This document shows positions 40,681 to 57,525 of a DNA stretch of 64,000 bases, piece after piece (the first letter of the stretch is position 1; the number at the start of each line of letters is the position of its first letter). A program made the position numbers and the translations under genes. The stretch comes from the human T2T-CHM13v2.0 reference genome, Homo sapiens: NCBI RefSeq assembly GCF_009914755.1, contig NC_060939.1, one strand, 5' to 3'. The notes below the pieces were generated by a model. That model was not told where the DNA came from and did no database searches. It saw only the letters and a program-made list of their open reading frames with translations.

Positions 40681-41284
40681 CCTGTTCCAGGCCAGCTCTC
40701 ACTTAATCTTCACTTATTTTTATCACTGTGATAGTATTCTCACTGTTTTTCAGATTAAAAAAACCAAGGCTTAGGAAAATTGAATAATTTGTATAAGACA
40801 AATACACTGGACATTCTATGGGCAAATCCGTCCCCAGGTACTGTTGCTACACAGCTCACCAGTAAGCTGTCTTCTGGTCATCCTTCACCTCCTTCCTTCT
40901 CCCTGCCTACACGCATGCCTTTGACAAATTGATTTCTTGGATTAATCTTTGAATTAATATTTCCAGGTAGATTAAAACCGGTTCTTCCTTTGCAGAGAGA
41001 TCAGGTGTTAGGGCCCACATTTTATATGCTTCAGTCCTGAGGGCAATGCATGTAGGTCTTTCTCTCCCACTAGCATTTTCCAAGCTCCCTTGAAAGCAAT
41101 CACATTAAATACAAACTCCAGGACCTCATCTCAGAGTTGGGTAGTTCTAAACTCCATAGAATGAGCCTGGAAAGCACCATGATTAACAAGTGTCCCCACA
41201 TGGTTCTGTTCCTCAGGGAAATTTGGGAATACTGGATCAAATTGACCTTCTTGCTACCTCCTCTGGCCCCCAAATTAAATGGCA

Positions 41285-41560
41285 GCACAGTGTGAGATAG
41301 ACCCAGCTTTTAATGTGTGGGCTTTATATTAGAAACACTTGATTTGGTCCCTGCTCTATTATTTACCAATGAAATATTCTCAGGTAATTTGTTTAGCCTT
41401 TCAATACCTCAGTGTTCCTGTCTGTAAAATGGGAATAATAACGATGTCTATGTCATGGTATTGTTCTGAAGAGTAGATGAGATAAAGCATATAAAGCTGC
41501 TAGTATGACACCTGTCATAGAGGCAGAGATCAATACATGTAAAGTACTTTTATTATAGTT
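41285..41560 (+). mobile_element. MIR
   Basis: 'cctcagtgttcctgtctgtaaaatgggaataata'. Confidence 0.75.
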
Positions 41561-42320
41561 ATTTCTTCCTAGTTTAGGGAATTTACATCCCACAAGATTC
41601 AGTGCCCTCAGTTCTCAAAGGTGCAATTTCAGCCTTCAGCAGTAGGTTCAAGAGCCAATTCGTGGGGGAAGGGCATAAGAGTCTTAAGGTAGACTGAAAT
41701 CATCCCACACACACCTTAGGAACAGGTGAAGCATAGGGGAGTGCACCTACACTCCAAGCTGCAAGAGCTCCCACTTCTCCCCGGGACACGGCTCACCTCC
41801 ACAGGCCCAGTCTCCTCTGAGTCTGTCATAGTGACCACAGTTCCCATGAGGACTCGAGTTAAATTTGTTGACCTTAAAAAGCTCCCCTCTGGGACTAGAG
41901 GCCCAGGAAGGACTTTCTGCTCCTGGCTTCCTATCCTCTACAGCAGGGAAGTGCTGGGGTTGAGCTTCTCCAGCAGGTCTCAAGTCTGGCTCAGTCAGGA
42001 GCATGAGCCCCATACTCAAACCTGTAAGGGGGCATGAGGGCAGGCACACATCCATGCATTCACTTCCATAAAGCTTTCTTCAGCTGCTGTGATGGGCTAG
42101 ACCCTACGCTAGCCCTCTGGATACCTGCCCTTCTGGAGCTTACTGCCTCACAGGTGGGACAAATACGCAAGGGTCTTCCAGCATGGGTGGTGAATGTAAC
42201 TAGGGGGTAACTTCAGATGGCCTCAGAAGGTGTTTCCAATTCAGTCTTAAACCCTCAACACAGCCCACAAGGGACTGGGTCACTTGGCACCTGCCGACAC
42301 TCACCAGCTGTGTCATATAG

Positions 42321-42701
<381 letters not shown>

Positions 42702-43247
42702 CAGACTGAGCTCTTTTTAGGCTCAGGACCAGGTTCTGCGCCCAACTCTACTCCCCCTTACATCTGGACATCTTCATGGTCTCCTTCCCAGGGAGTCAAC
42801 CCTTGATCCCCAGACCAGGAGACTTAGGTCACCTTTATTGCATCCCCAGCACCTAGTATTGCACCTGGTGTATGTGGTACCAGCACCACATACATTCTTT
42901 TGCTAAATATAGAATAACTTGTTATTGATTCCCTCTTCCCTTTTGTCCCATAGATCCAGGCTGTAGACATGCTCACATCTCTGCTATCACTAAAAAACGT
43001 TTCCTTCTTCAATAGAAAGCTGTCTGCTCCAAGTTGCCAACTTTTTGCACAAAAATCCCAGCAGATATTATGAAATTACAGATATTCTCTTAGCACGAGC
43101 CAGCTCACACTCTTATTTTGGGGTCAGGTTGCCTCCCCCTAATATAAATAATAAAACATCACTTTATTAGAAATAGTACCACTCAGTTTTTTTTGTTATT
43201 GGTTGTGGTGGTGTTCTTAGCAATGAACCTTTTTCTTCCCACTACTC

Positions 43248-43680
43248 ACTGGTGAGCTGGAGCCAATTATTAATGTTGAAGAATTGTGTGAGCTGATTGT
43301 AAGACCTAGACATTATTAAAAGCTACATAAATGCACAATTAAACAAATTACATCAAAAACAAATATAACAAATATTCAAAACTACTAATCACTTTCTATT
43401 TATTTTACTACATTTTACTATTATCCATGCACTTGAGATTATTTACATCTATCTTATCTGTAGAGTGGGTGGATGTACTGTATAATGGTGTGCCTGCTTA
43501 TCTCTTCCCAACTCTACATTTAGTGACATTATGTTGTCATTGTAACTTGAAATTGATAGAGTGGAAACATAATACCAAGGAAATCAGCAAACACTACAAA
43601 CCAGAGCTTTTGAAAAAGATAATTTATTTTATTGTTATTTTTTAGAGAGCTAGTTGTCAAGCATTTACCAACACACCATA
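43248..43680. mobile_element. MER63-like hAT-Blackjack DNA transposon
   Basis: 'ctggagccaattattaa...tattttactacattttactattatccatgc...gagagctagttgtcaagcatttaccaacacacc'. Confidence 0.7.
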
Positions 43681-43796
43681 CCTCTACCCAAAGACAAGTA
43701 AGGTTAGTCCAAAATACCAAACTTTTGCAGCAAAAATTCCAGCAGATGCTATGAAATTACAGGTGTTCTCAGCAGTTTGCAACTCAGTAGCAGAAA

Positions 43797-43808
43797 CGCA
43801 TACACACG

Positions 43809-43848
<40 letters not shown>
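43797..43848. repeat. (CA)n microsatellite
   Basis: About 17 pure CA units preceded by CACG variants. Confidence 0.97.
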
Positions 43849-43851
<3 letters not shown>

Positions 43852-44542
43852 AAGCACGACCCAAGGCAGAATGGCACGCATTAACAGAGCAGTGGACAGC
43901 AGCAGAGAGGGGTGGCTAGAGTTAGATCACCCTGGGACCTGATTGATTGGCCTTTAGATCAATCTTATTGTGGAACATAAGATGAAAAGGTTCACACAGG
44001 AAACCCTGAACATTTGCTTTGCCACCTAATTTTTTGGATGCTGATTAATTAATAATTCAGAAAGATTCTTTATATAGGCACCAAGTTTCAGTCAGTATTC
44101 AATTCATATGCTTATCTTAAGGCGAGTTGGTTAACCTCTCTCTCTGTCAGATGGAGATCAATACGTATAGGTCAGACTGCCTGAATATATCAGAGAGCCT
44201 GGAATACCTCCAAAGATGGGCGCCGAGAACCAGGCACTCAACATGGTTAATAATAATTTAGCCTGTTCATTGCTGGAGCTGAGTAGAACGTGTATTGATT
44301 TTTCTCCAAAAGATTAACCAGTTTGAAGCAGTAGCCCCTCCAAACCAAGATAAAATATATAAATTGTATTAAAAATGCACAGGACTCATTTTTGTGACTA
44401 TAAAAAACAAGAAACTTAAAATTCTTAAAAGATGGGTGGGGGTCTACTAAGCCAGCCAAGCTGCTAGCAGCGACATGCACAGTGATTTCTGAGGTTTGGG
44501 TTAAAGAGAATGCTCCCAGTTTTGTTCCCCACCACCAATCTT

Positions 44543-45222
<680 letters not shown>

Positions 45223-45374
45223 CCCACCACCAATCTTAATGTGAGGGGTGTAGGGGGCATGTCCCGGATTGCTTTGTCGAATTTTAAACAGTCTTATTTC
45301 AATTTAACTTGTATGTTTGTGTATAGCATTTGTTTAGGAAAAAAAAATGCCAGCCATTACCAGTTTTAAATTAT

Positions 45375-45490
45375 AGGCTGTGGTGGGAGGATTCCTTTAG
45401 TCTAAAAATATGAGGCTTCAGTGAGCTATGATTGAGCCACTGAACTCCAGCCTGGGCGACAGAGCGAGACCCTGTCTCTGAAAAGTGAAA
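45375..45490 (+). mobile_element. FRAM/Alu right-arm fragment
   Basis: 'cagtgagctatgattgagccactgaactccagcctgggcgacagagcgagaccctgtctc'. Confidence 0.85.
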
Positions 45491-45497
45491 TAATATC

Positions 45498-45805
45498 TGC
45501 CAGGCACGCTGGCTCACTCCTGTAATCCCAGCACTTTGGGAGGCCGAGGCAGGCAGATCACGAGGTCAGGAGATCAAGACCATCCTGGCCAACGTGGTGA
45601 AACCCCATCTCTACTAAAAATCCAAAAATTAGCCGGGTGTGGTGGCATGCACCTGTAGTCCCAGATATTCGGGAGGCTGAGGCAGGAGAATCGCTTGAAC
45701 CCGGGGGGGCAGAGGTTGCAGTGAGCCGAGACTGTGCCACTGCACCCCAGCCTGGTGACAGAGTGAGACTCCACCTAAAAAAAGAATAATAAAATAAAAT
45801 AATAT
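45498..45805 (+). mobile_element. AluSc-like
   Basis: 'gatcacgaggtcaggagatcaagaccatcctggccaac'. Confidence 0.95.
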
Positions 45806-45834
45806 AATATCTACACACCTATGTGTGTATCAAG

Positions 45835-46100
45835 GAGTGAAAGGAAGAAACATTAAGGGACAATGGAAGAGTGGGAGGAAAAGGAAAAGAGGACAAAGGG
45901 AGGGGAAGAAAGAAAGGGACAGTGAGGAGGGAGAAATGGAAAGAAGAAGGGAAGGAAGGGCTGAAATAGTGGCAGAGAGCTGGAAGATGAGAAAGAATTC
46001 TGAAGCAAAGGAAAAGAGATAAAGAAAGGATGGGGGAGCAATCAAAGGTCAAGGCAGTGGGGGAAGAAAGAGATGGCAGAACAAACAGAGGGTAGGGAGA
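45835..46100. repeat. GA-rich low-complexity tract
   Basis: Purine-dominated plus strand. Confidence 0.8.
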
Positions 46101-49100
46101 GGAACCCTGAAATCAGCTGTGCGAGGAGCGCTGGGCTAGACTTAAATCCCAGCTCTTCCACCTGCATCAGTTATTCTACCACTGTCAGTCTCAGTTTTCT
46201 CACCTGTGAAATTGGGGGCGGGGCGGGGGGCGGGGGTGGCAGTGAGAAAACCTACACGGCAGGTTTTCCATTGAAGTAGATGAGGTAAGCTGTGTAAAGG
46301 GCAGTCCGGCGTGTCCACTCGAGAAATGTCAACACAAGGGTGTCAAGTGCAGGCATGGTTTCTGTTATGTCTTTTAAAGAACACAATTTCTTCACATGGT
46401 CCTGGGTTTGGCCTCCCTGAGCCTAAGCATCCACCCACTGTAAAAGATAGCACCCTGCAGGGGCGCCAAGGCCTTTCCGCTGGAGAGCAAGGAGGATTCC
46501 TGTCGCTCCACCTGGTCCACCCGTCAGTCGTCAGCGCACTGCGGAGACACAGGCAGCCACCAATGAACTTTCCACAAAGACAGTTTGCTTCACACGGATC
46601 TCAATCCATAACCTTTACTGGTCTCTGTAGAGCCATTACGACCATTAGGCTGTGGACTCAGCACTGCTTTAGCTCTTAAGTTAATACAACTGAGACTTTT
46701 TTACTTTCCTATTGGGAAGGAACATGTGCAATTTTAGTGATTTCTTAGATCATTCCATAAGTAAATCAAATATTCTTTCAAGCCCAGTTATCAAAATTGT
46801 GTCCTTTGATACCACGTCTTCCATCAAACTGCAGTAATCCAGTTCAACACATTCTAAACCTCTGCTATCTCCTAATATCATCCCTACTAGATACAGTAAT
46901 TAAATTTGTACTTTTTTTTACAAGTCGTACTCAATAAATCTGAATAAATTAACAACGCATTACTAAGACTGCTACATTAAATTTGCATAGTGCATTTAAT
47001 GAATATGCAACTGCAAGTGAAAAGGTCTGCTACTGCGAACCTTCTACATTAGCATAACTACTTCCAGCATGTTTCTTAAATAATGCACTCATTTGCACAT
47101 CACTGACTTGGCTAATTCTAACTTCAGTCAGGGTAGCCTTGTAATTAAGACTCTTGCTTTAATTTTTAATGAAGTTTATGTTACATCAATCCTGACAGTA
47201 ATGAGGGGACATGGAAACAAAAAGGCCGCTAATAATTAAATTCACAAACCAGTTTGAGGGATAATAATTCCTGAGGAGAAATTACATGACTAATTATTAA
47301 TTAAATATTCATACTATTGCGCAGCCATCTCCCTTAACTGCTCTTCTTGTTGGTAATAATATTGAGATGTGGATGCCTTTTGCCAACCATTCTGAGTTTA
47401 AGGTCTCTGGTTAATTTTAGTGCGCCATTAATCAATATGACACAAAAAATAAAATTGTTTTAATTGGTATCATTTTATTGTGTCTAAATATTACTACAGT
47501 TGGTTTAGTTTGTGGAGAATTAATCTAGTTAGTCGGTGCCTGTTTTATGGAAACATAAATCCAGTTTATATCCATAAACATCTAATGGCAGGACAACTTG
47601 ACCTTTTTTTTTGTAACATTACTGTTTACAGATAATTACACCAACTCTTTAAAAGGTTATTTAATAGCTTTGCATTCATCACAGTAAAATGAAAAACATG
47701 CAATATTCTTTAACTCCAGCCTGTTCTAAGGAGGTCTCTGAGACCCTCATTTACCCCTGCTGAAAAGTAAGCAATATTAATGTGTGGGTTTTTAGGAAAT
47801 GTCTAAGAGCATTCTTTGAATGTGTACAAACAGATTTACATGTTTGGGTCTGGATCTTTGAATGTCTAATTTGTAAATGACATGGGGGGTGTGGTAAGGA
47901 AGAAAATATTTCCCATTCTCACAACTTTTCATTGCTGGAAAACGAGAGGGTGGAGGCTTTATGACTCTGGATCTCAGAAATGGTATCAGTTTCCCTACAA
48001 AACCCAGTAAACAAACATTACAAAACTGGAGAAATTACTATGATGAAGCCTAATTGGTTGCAATATTTATTGTAGACACTTTTTTTTCTCTTCCATTTCT
48101 AAGTGTTGTTTGGGAATCTACATTTATAATGGAGAAAGTCCCTATCTTTAGGCAAGTTTAGCTAGGACAAGAAAAGATCTACAATATTTAAATGGATAAC
48201 ATTAATCATTCAATTAGAACAGGTCATGAAATTTGTTGAAAGCTCTGCTAAATTCAGGACAAGATGCTTTATGGAGACCACTTTGCATATTGCAAAATTA
48301 AATAGACACAGGAAAAAAACTCTTTTTGTCCTACAGGGGCATTTGGAAATTCTGAATCAGGGCAAAGATTTCAGTTTATTTTTCTAATCATTCAAACTAG
48401 TTGATTCATCAAAGTGAATCAAATCTGTAACCATAAACCATGGGGGCAAGGATTCCCCTCAGCTACTTCTTGTCACTTTACTACAAACTGACAGGTTTGT
48501 AGGGCATTATTATTGGACTTGATGTGTATCAAGTGCTCCCTTTTAATAAACCTTCAAAATCTTTTTAACTTTTCTTTTTTATCTGCTCTCTTAAACTAAC
48601 ACCTGAAGGCAATTTGTAGAGACCACTCACCATGAAACAGTTCATTGCTGCAGGTCAGAGTAAAGATGTCACAGGAAGTCCTGGGTCCCTGGTCCTGCCT
48701 TCTGTTTCTTTCACCTGAGAAAATCCTTCTATGTGTGAAACCCTATGTGAATAGCAGAAAACCTCCCTGGGTACTGGGCAAAGTGTAGACCACAGAAGTG
48801 ACTGGCTCTGCTGGCAGGAATCTGGGGTGCTTGTTCTAGAGAAATCTGCAGAGTCCTACCTCTTTTCCCTTTCATGACCAGGAATGTGTGCACCTGCCCC
48901 AGGTGGAGGACTTGGAGGAAACCATTCATCACCAAACAGACCCTCACTGGACTAAAGGACCCTGTCATCTCCTTTTAGGGAAGCAATCAGAGTGCCAGAA
49001 AAGCCTGGGGCTTGGACACCAAACACACCTAGGCTCTAATCTCCCTTGGCCTTAGTGAGTAGCTTATGTAATTTCATCTCTCTGAACAGTAGTTTCCTTT

Positions 49101-50699
49101 TCTGATTGGGGATGATCATGTCCCCTTTGCAGATTGTTGTGAGAATTAGCCACACGTGCAAGAGCTTAGCGCTAGGCCAGTCACAGGAGAGACCAGCACA
49201 AAAGGCCAGTAATTATTGTCACTGTTATATCTCTCAAGGAAGAGCATTGGAAGTTCTACCATTGAACAGTCATTCCTTTGAGATAAACACCACTGTCTCA
49301 AGGCTTTAAAAAAATGCAAATTGTATACTTTGAAAAGGGATCCCAGATGAGGTCACCATTATTCACCAAATCCTTAAGGCGAGTTATGTTCCAGTCCCCT
49401 TTTTCTGTAACAGGGTCATATAAGAGAATACCAGATAAGAGAATCAGAGTAGAGGAGGTTGGAGTGAAAGAGGAATGCTGAAATGGAAAAGGAGGATGTA
49501 GAAAGCGGAAGTGCAACTTGTGAGGAAAGAATGTTATATACGTCTGTGCTGCTCAATCACCAAGGTATGGTATATAGAACTCCAAGGAAACAAAACCAAA
49601 ACATGCTATGGATGTGGATTTCAAAGTTCTTGAATTTAAAAGAAAAACTATTAAGGGCATGATGGCCATGTATCCCAATTTTTCTAGAACTGCTTAATTT
49701 TAGTTATTCTGCCCTGAATCTATCAGAATTTGGTTGGTTGAGGGAACAAGGTAGTCTATGTCGTAGATTGTCATCATCTAAAGGTCTCTTTCATAATGGA
49801 GCTTCAGAAGGAAAGAGCACACTATCTTCTGTAAACATTTAATGGGCGTCATCAGATACATGGTTTAAATACCAAGTGCCCAGAGGATATATGTATAGCC
49901 TTTTCTCTCACCTCTCTTCCCCACAGTACATAGTAAATTGTCAGGAAAGCACCCATATAGATCTTACCTATATCCGTACTAGGTTGAAGTAGTTTGAGGA
50001 AAAATTTTGGTGTTTGGCATTCTCTGGTCCTTCTCTGGGGAAGGTGTGGAAAGGAGAAACCTCAGATGTTGAGTTAAACAAATTTCATCACCTTCACTTT
50101 ACCGGGTAACTTACCTGATCTTTCAGAGCCTCATGTAGAAAAGACGGAGACCACCATGCACCCCAGGACGATGTTGAGGTTAAATTACATAAGGCCCAGG
50201 TGCACAGTAATTGTCCATAGCAATCCCTTTCACCTACGCCAGAATCAAGCCGAAATCTCCTTTCGGCATGAGGACTTATTGCTGGAGAAGGGATTACATA
50301 TGTATTTCAAAGTTCTTGAGTCTAGTTCTGTAATATGACATTTACCATGGGTTTTTGTGTGTGTGCTTTTTTTTTTTTAACCAGTCAATCCAGATTGTTG
50401 AGGTCAGCCCTTATTTCAATGCTGTAGAACAACGGTCTGCCTAAATTGTTATAAAGATTAAATGAATCGGTATTTGTAAAACACAACAGTGTCTGGTACA
50501 TAGCAAGTGGAAAGAAAGAAAAAAATTAAAATCATGCTCGAATGGTTAGAGCCTATCCTCTAGAAACCTATCCATTCTCACCTGGCATTCCTCCTTCATT
50601 TGCCCACCACACTCCATTAGTCACTAAATGGCAGACAAATATGCTATTTCTCACCTTTGTGGCTTTGCAAATGCTGTTTTTTTATTTGGTTGGTTTTGG

Positions 50700-51000
50700 T
50701 TTTTTGCCACAAGTAACTTTCCTTTTCCACTTGGTGGCCTATTAAACTCTTATTTATCCTTCAAAACCCAGCTAAGCAAACACTTCTTCCAGAAAGTCTT
50801 CCCTCATGTCTCCTTCCCTCATCATTTTCTTTTCTGTGCTTCCTCATAGTGTGCCCACACTTCTATTATACCTTGCACACAATGCTATAATCTATTTATG
50901 TTCCTACCAGGGAAAGACTGCATGTGCTCTTTGTATTCCCAACTCCTAAGAACTTCAGGGCACATATTGGCCTCCCCAGGTGTTTGTTGAATGAAATGGA
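50700..51000 (+). mobile_element. L2 fragment
   Basis: 'aactcttatttatccttcaaaacccagct...tgtttgttgaatgaa'. Confidence 0.7.
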
Positions 51001-52611
51001 ACTCAGGTGACAAGTACCAATTCTATGATTATATTTATATACGTGAAAATCAGAATTTCAATATACCTCTCATCATAATGCAGTAGTTAATGAACAAAGT
51101 GCTTTTCTTGGTTTTGCTTTTTCTTTCTTTTTTTTTTTTTTAAATCAAGAGGCAAGAAAATGATGGTAATGAAATGAGAGTGGAAAAGTGAAAATGGAAT
51201 GGAGATAGGAAGAGATACGGAAGAAAGTGATTTGTGAATTATAAATGGCAATTTCCTACAGGTTAGGATCAATTCAGAATGAACTATTCATTGGCATTAT
51301 CGATGGTTATTTGGTAACAAATCTAAAATTCCTGTCTGAATTTTAATTAAAAGAGCCACTTAATGTTCCAATTCAGTTGGCACATAGGTACTTTTTTTTT
51401 TTTTCACGGTTATAAAATTGTCTATCATGATGTTGAGAATCGCCTGAACTCAAGAGAGTCTGTGGGCTGAAATGTTGATACTCCAAGAACCAGAAGGGTG
51501 CTCGGTATGTAGTCAACAACCAGCAACACTTATAAATCAAAATACACAAGATGCACCATACTTATCAGGCAAAATGTCCAAAAGGTAGACAGGTGGGTTA
51601 TGCCCAAAGCACTGACCAACCACGCCATCTTCAGAGCACCTTCAGCATGCCTGAGACGTAATACGAGAAGGTTGCTCCTCTTTCTGAAGGGGCGAGAGTC
51701 TTCAGCAGCAAAGGCTTGTGAAGTCAACAACTACTGCTGGAGTTTAGAAGTCACAGGGCAAATCGCTGAGGATATAGTGCCCTTTGTCATCTTTTCTCTT
51801 AAAAAGGTCTTCACTGACCACCTCCCTTGAATTTGTTCTTAGCCTTCTCTTCTGTCAGGAGCAGCTGTTTGTAGCAGTTAAGGGCTCAGACTGTCAAGGT
51901 CAAGTTACTATATCTCCCTGTCTCATATCTAAGATATGAATTGTTAAGAGAAAAAAGTGAGTAATATTTTAGTATATAACATTTTTTAAATTGGAAAAAA
52001 TACCCCTATATTCTTGTGAGAATAGAGAAAGAGTGGTAAGATACAAATAATATATTAACACAGATTATCTGGGTGGGGATGGGCGAGGGAAGATATTTTC
52101 TTTACATCTAAAGAAAAAAGAATTTCTTTAAAGAATTCTAAAGAAAGGATTTATTAACATCCTTTAACCAGGTGTTAATATTTCTTTATTCGCTTTGATG
52201 TTGCAAAAAATGTAGAATAAAGTAAATACAAAGAATGGAAAATTGATGGATTCTTAGCTCTTCTCTTTCTAAAAAGGATTTCTGATAAACTGAAGGAAAA
52301 AATAGAAGTAGCATAGTGAAGTGAAGCTAGAGGCTAACTTAATACCAGGAATTTTCTGCAATAAACATGCATCACTCTCATAATATGAAAAAAATTAAAA
52401 GTGAATGAAAATTTCCACCACCAAATGATGAACTCTCTACATTAATCTTAGGTTTATTTTTAAGTCTTTATGAATTATAATAGCTATTTTTTTTTTCCTC
52501 AAAGAAAATCTGGGAAATTCACAGCCATGTAAAAAGAAGGAAAAAACATTTCACCCATGTCGACGTTTTCCAAAGGCAATCACTGTTGACATGGGAATGT
52601 TTTCCTGTCTT

Positions 52612-54669
<2,058 letters not shown>

Positions 54670-56799
54670 GTTTACCTGTCTTTTCTTTTTCCTGGATGTA
54701 CATGGTTTTGATAATAATACTGTGATTTACATTGTACCTGTTAACTCCTGGTTCTTGGCTGTCTTTCTTTTCCAAGCAGCCTCAGCCGTCCTGGGGAATG
54801 GGAAGAACAGGAAGATCAATCCATTCAATAGGCTGTTACAATTGCTACAACCCCTGCCGGCTTACATGGGAGGGGGCTTTTAAAAAAGGTGCCTTCCAGG
54901 TGGCAATTCCATGCATCTGAGCAGGTAAGGCCAGGTGCAGGGGAAAATATCTGATATGTTGCAACTAAACTAAGGGAGAAATGAAACCACAGGTCTGCTG
55001 TCTCCTGGCACATATGTACATGCTTTGTTCCGAGTTATAAAATTGTGTGTATGAAGTTGGGAATTATCCGAACCCAGAAGTATCCTCATGTTCTTCTTAT
55101 GTCACTAGTCTCCCGTACACTCCTCCCTGGACCCAAGGTGGCTTTATCTTTAATTACCATTCACCAAGTTTGCACGTGGTATTTCTCATTAGAAGGCGAG
55201 TACCTCTTTGTCCAAGCCACTGGGAGTGGGGAGCACTCAGTATGGCCTATCTTGAAGCTGTAACCCCACTCAGGTAGCCCCTACGCTGTTCTTAGCTTTC
55301 TCACTCCTGAGGTCAAAAGAATACAAACTATTCCAGCTCTGCACATGTCTCCTTAATGTGTCTGTCTCTTTATAAAGTCTTCTTGGAATTCACATCTTTT
55401 TATAATTTACTAATTTAATTCATTTTATATCTACAAATCTACTTTTCTTTCCCTTCTCGAGTACAATAGATTATGACTTGAAATCTTCTCTCCAATCAAT
55501 ACTGTGCCCCCAACACCGTCTTCCCTCCGTTTGTCACTAGAACAAAGCATTTGCTTATTGTATTTCACAATCGTGGTGACACCATCTGTACTGGTTGTAT
55601 AATGTTTGGTAGGCTTTGTCATAATTTACTTAAACATCCTCTTGTTTACTGAACACTAGGGTTATTCTGATTCTTCACTGTTGGGAATGGTACTGTAATA
55701 AACATTTTGGAACATGAACCTTTTTTTTACCTTTTAATACTTTTTTCTCCTTAGAATAGAGTTCAAATAGTGGCCATTTCCATGTGATAGCCTCCATTAA
55801 AAAGCAAGCATTTCCCACACATATTTATGCATGTGTTAGATTCTTTGGTGGGGGTGGGTAATGGAAATGATTCCTTTTCAGTCAAAGAACTCTTTTTCTA
55901 CATTTCCCTTCTTTTTCCTCCTTACCTTACTTTCTCCTCTGATCCTGCCTAGAAATCAAATCCAGGACACCAAAGCATGAGCCTTAGGAGAGCATTGCCA
56001 GGGCTGCTACGAGCAATAAAGTTATGGGTGAGCGACTTTACATCGTTACTGATCCTTCTTTTTCATTCAGTCTTCTCTGAGATCCCATCCAGTGCTAACG
56101 ATCTTTGAGTCCTTAAACCAGTCTTTACTCAGCTCCTCCATCTTCAAGTACAGCCCTCTCTGCTTTTGTAATTAGCAACTAAGAATGTTCAATTTGTTAT
56201 AAGTAATTAATTTAATTAATTAATAAAGTTACACTTAAGAAAGACTTTTGGGCCAATGCTTCATCACACCCAAGTTCCTTTTCTACTTCTTTTATCTGGA
56301 AAAGTAAATTTAGGCTCCAAAAAGTTTTCTGAAAAGCTAACAATGCCTGCTTTTTACAGAGGATGGTATTTTTTTTTAAATTTACTTCTATACCCTAAAA
56401 AGTACTTAGAAGTCTAAGATTAAATTCTCAGAATGGTCCTGTCTTTGGTAGTCCTAGTTTTCCAGGACCAAAGAAATCATGCTCCTTGTTAATTTTGCAA
56501 ATCATGACAATACAGTAATAATAGTTCCTGATTGCCTAGTACTTTTACATATGTTATATAATTTATTCTTCTGTACAATTCTATAAACTGGGCAATGTAG
56601 ATTTGCTTATCTTTATGGATGAGGAAACTGAGACTCCAGAGGTTACTTGCTTAAGACACAACAAGCCTCTTGGACTTGGATCCAATGGCTGATCTGGAGA
56701 TTCCAGGGAATCTCTAGAGCAAGCCATTTTATACCGTTCTTGGCAAGCTCTGATAGCTCGCAATGCCTTCCTTATTTTGGGCTAAACCTCTCTCCTGAG

Positions 56800-57160
56800 T
56801 TGACTTCTACCCACTCACTTGTCCTGGTTTTAGCTTTCAGGCTCCATAGAAAAAGTCTAATATTTTGCTTCCATGTGACATGAAATTTGGGGACAAAAGA
56901 CCAAAGTGTCCTTTGGGTCTGCTCTTCTTCAGAAGAAAGAAGTATGTTCCTTCAGCTATTTCTCCAATGGCATGATTTTAGCCTCATTACCTTGGTGAAC
57001 ATGTTTGTTTTAAACTGAACGTGATTCTCCGATGGGGTCAACATACAGAATAGCAGGATGATCTTCCCTCCTCTTCTAAAAGTTCTAGACCTGCCTAAAC
57101 TACCCATTAGCTTTCTTGCCTGGACACCTTTAGGTTATATTCAGTTTACAATCTACAAAA
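56800..57160 (-). mobile_element. L3/CR1 fragment
   Basis: 'gttccttcagctatttctcc...aactgaacgtgattctccgatggggtc...gatgatcttccctcctcttct' resembles L3. Confidence 0.5.
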
Positions 57161-57239
57161 GCCCTCTACCCATTTCCTCCTCCCCTCCCTCCCTCCCTTC
57201 TTCCTCCCTTCCCTTCTCTTCCATTCCCTATCCTTCCTT

Positions 57240-57525
57240 CTTTTTTTTTTTTGAGACAGATTCTCTCTCTATTGTTCATGCTGGAGTTCAGTGGTGCGAC
57301 CTACTAGGCTCAATAGATTCTCCTGCCTCAGCCTCCCAAGTAGCTGAGATTACGGGTGCGTGCCACCACCCCAGACTAATTTTTGTGTTATTATCATTTT
57401 TTCTTTTTAGTGGAGACGGGGTTTCGCCATGTTGGCCAGGCTGGTCTTGAATTCCTGGCCTCAAGCGACCTGCCTGCCTCAGCCTCCCAAAGTGCTAGGA
57501 TTACAGGAATGAGCTACCACGCCCT
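57240..57525 (-). mobile_element. Alu with internal deletion, preceded by a CT-rich tract (57172-57240)
   Basis: Reverse Alu missing the 'tcggctcactgcaac' segment. Confidence 0.92.
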
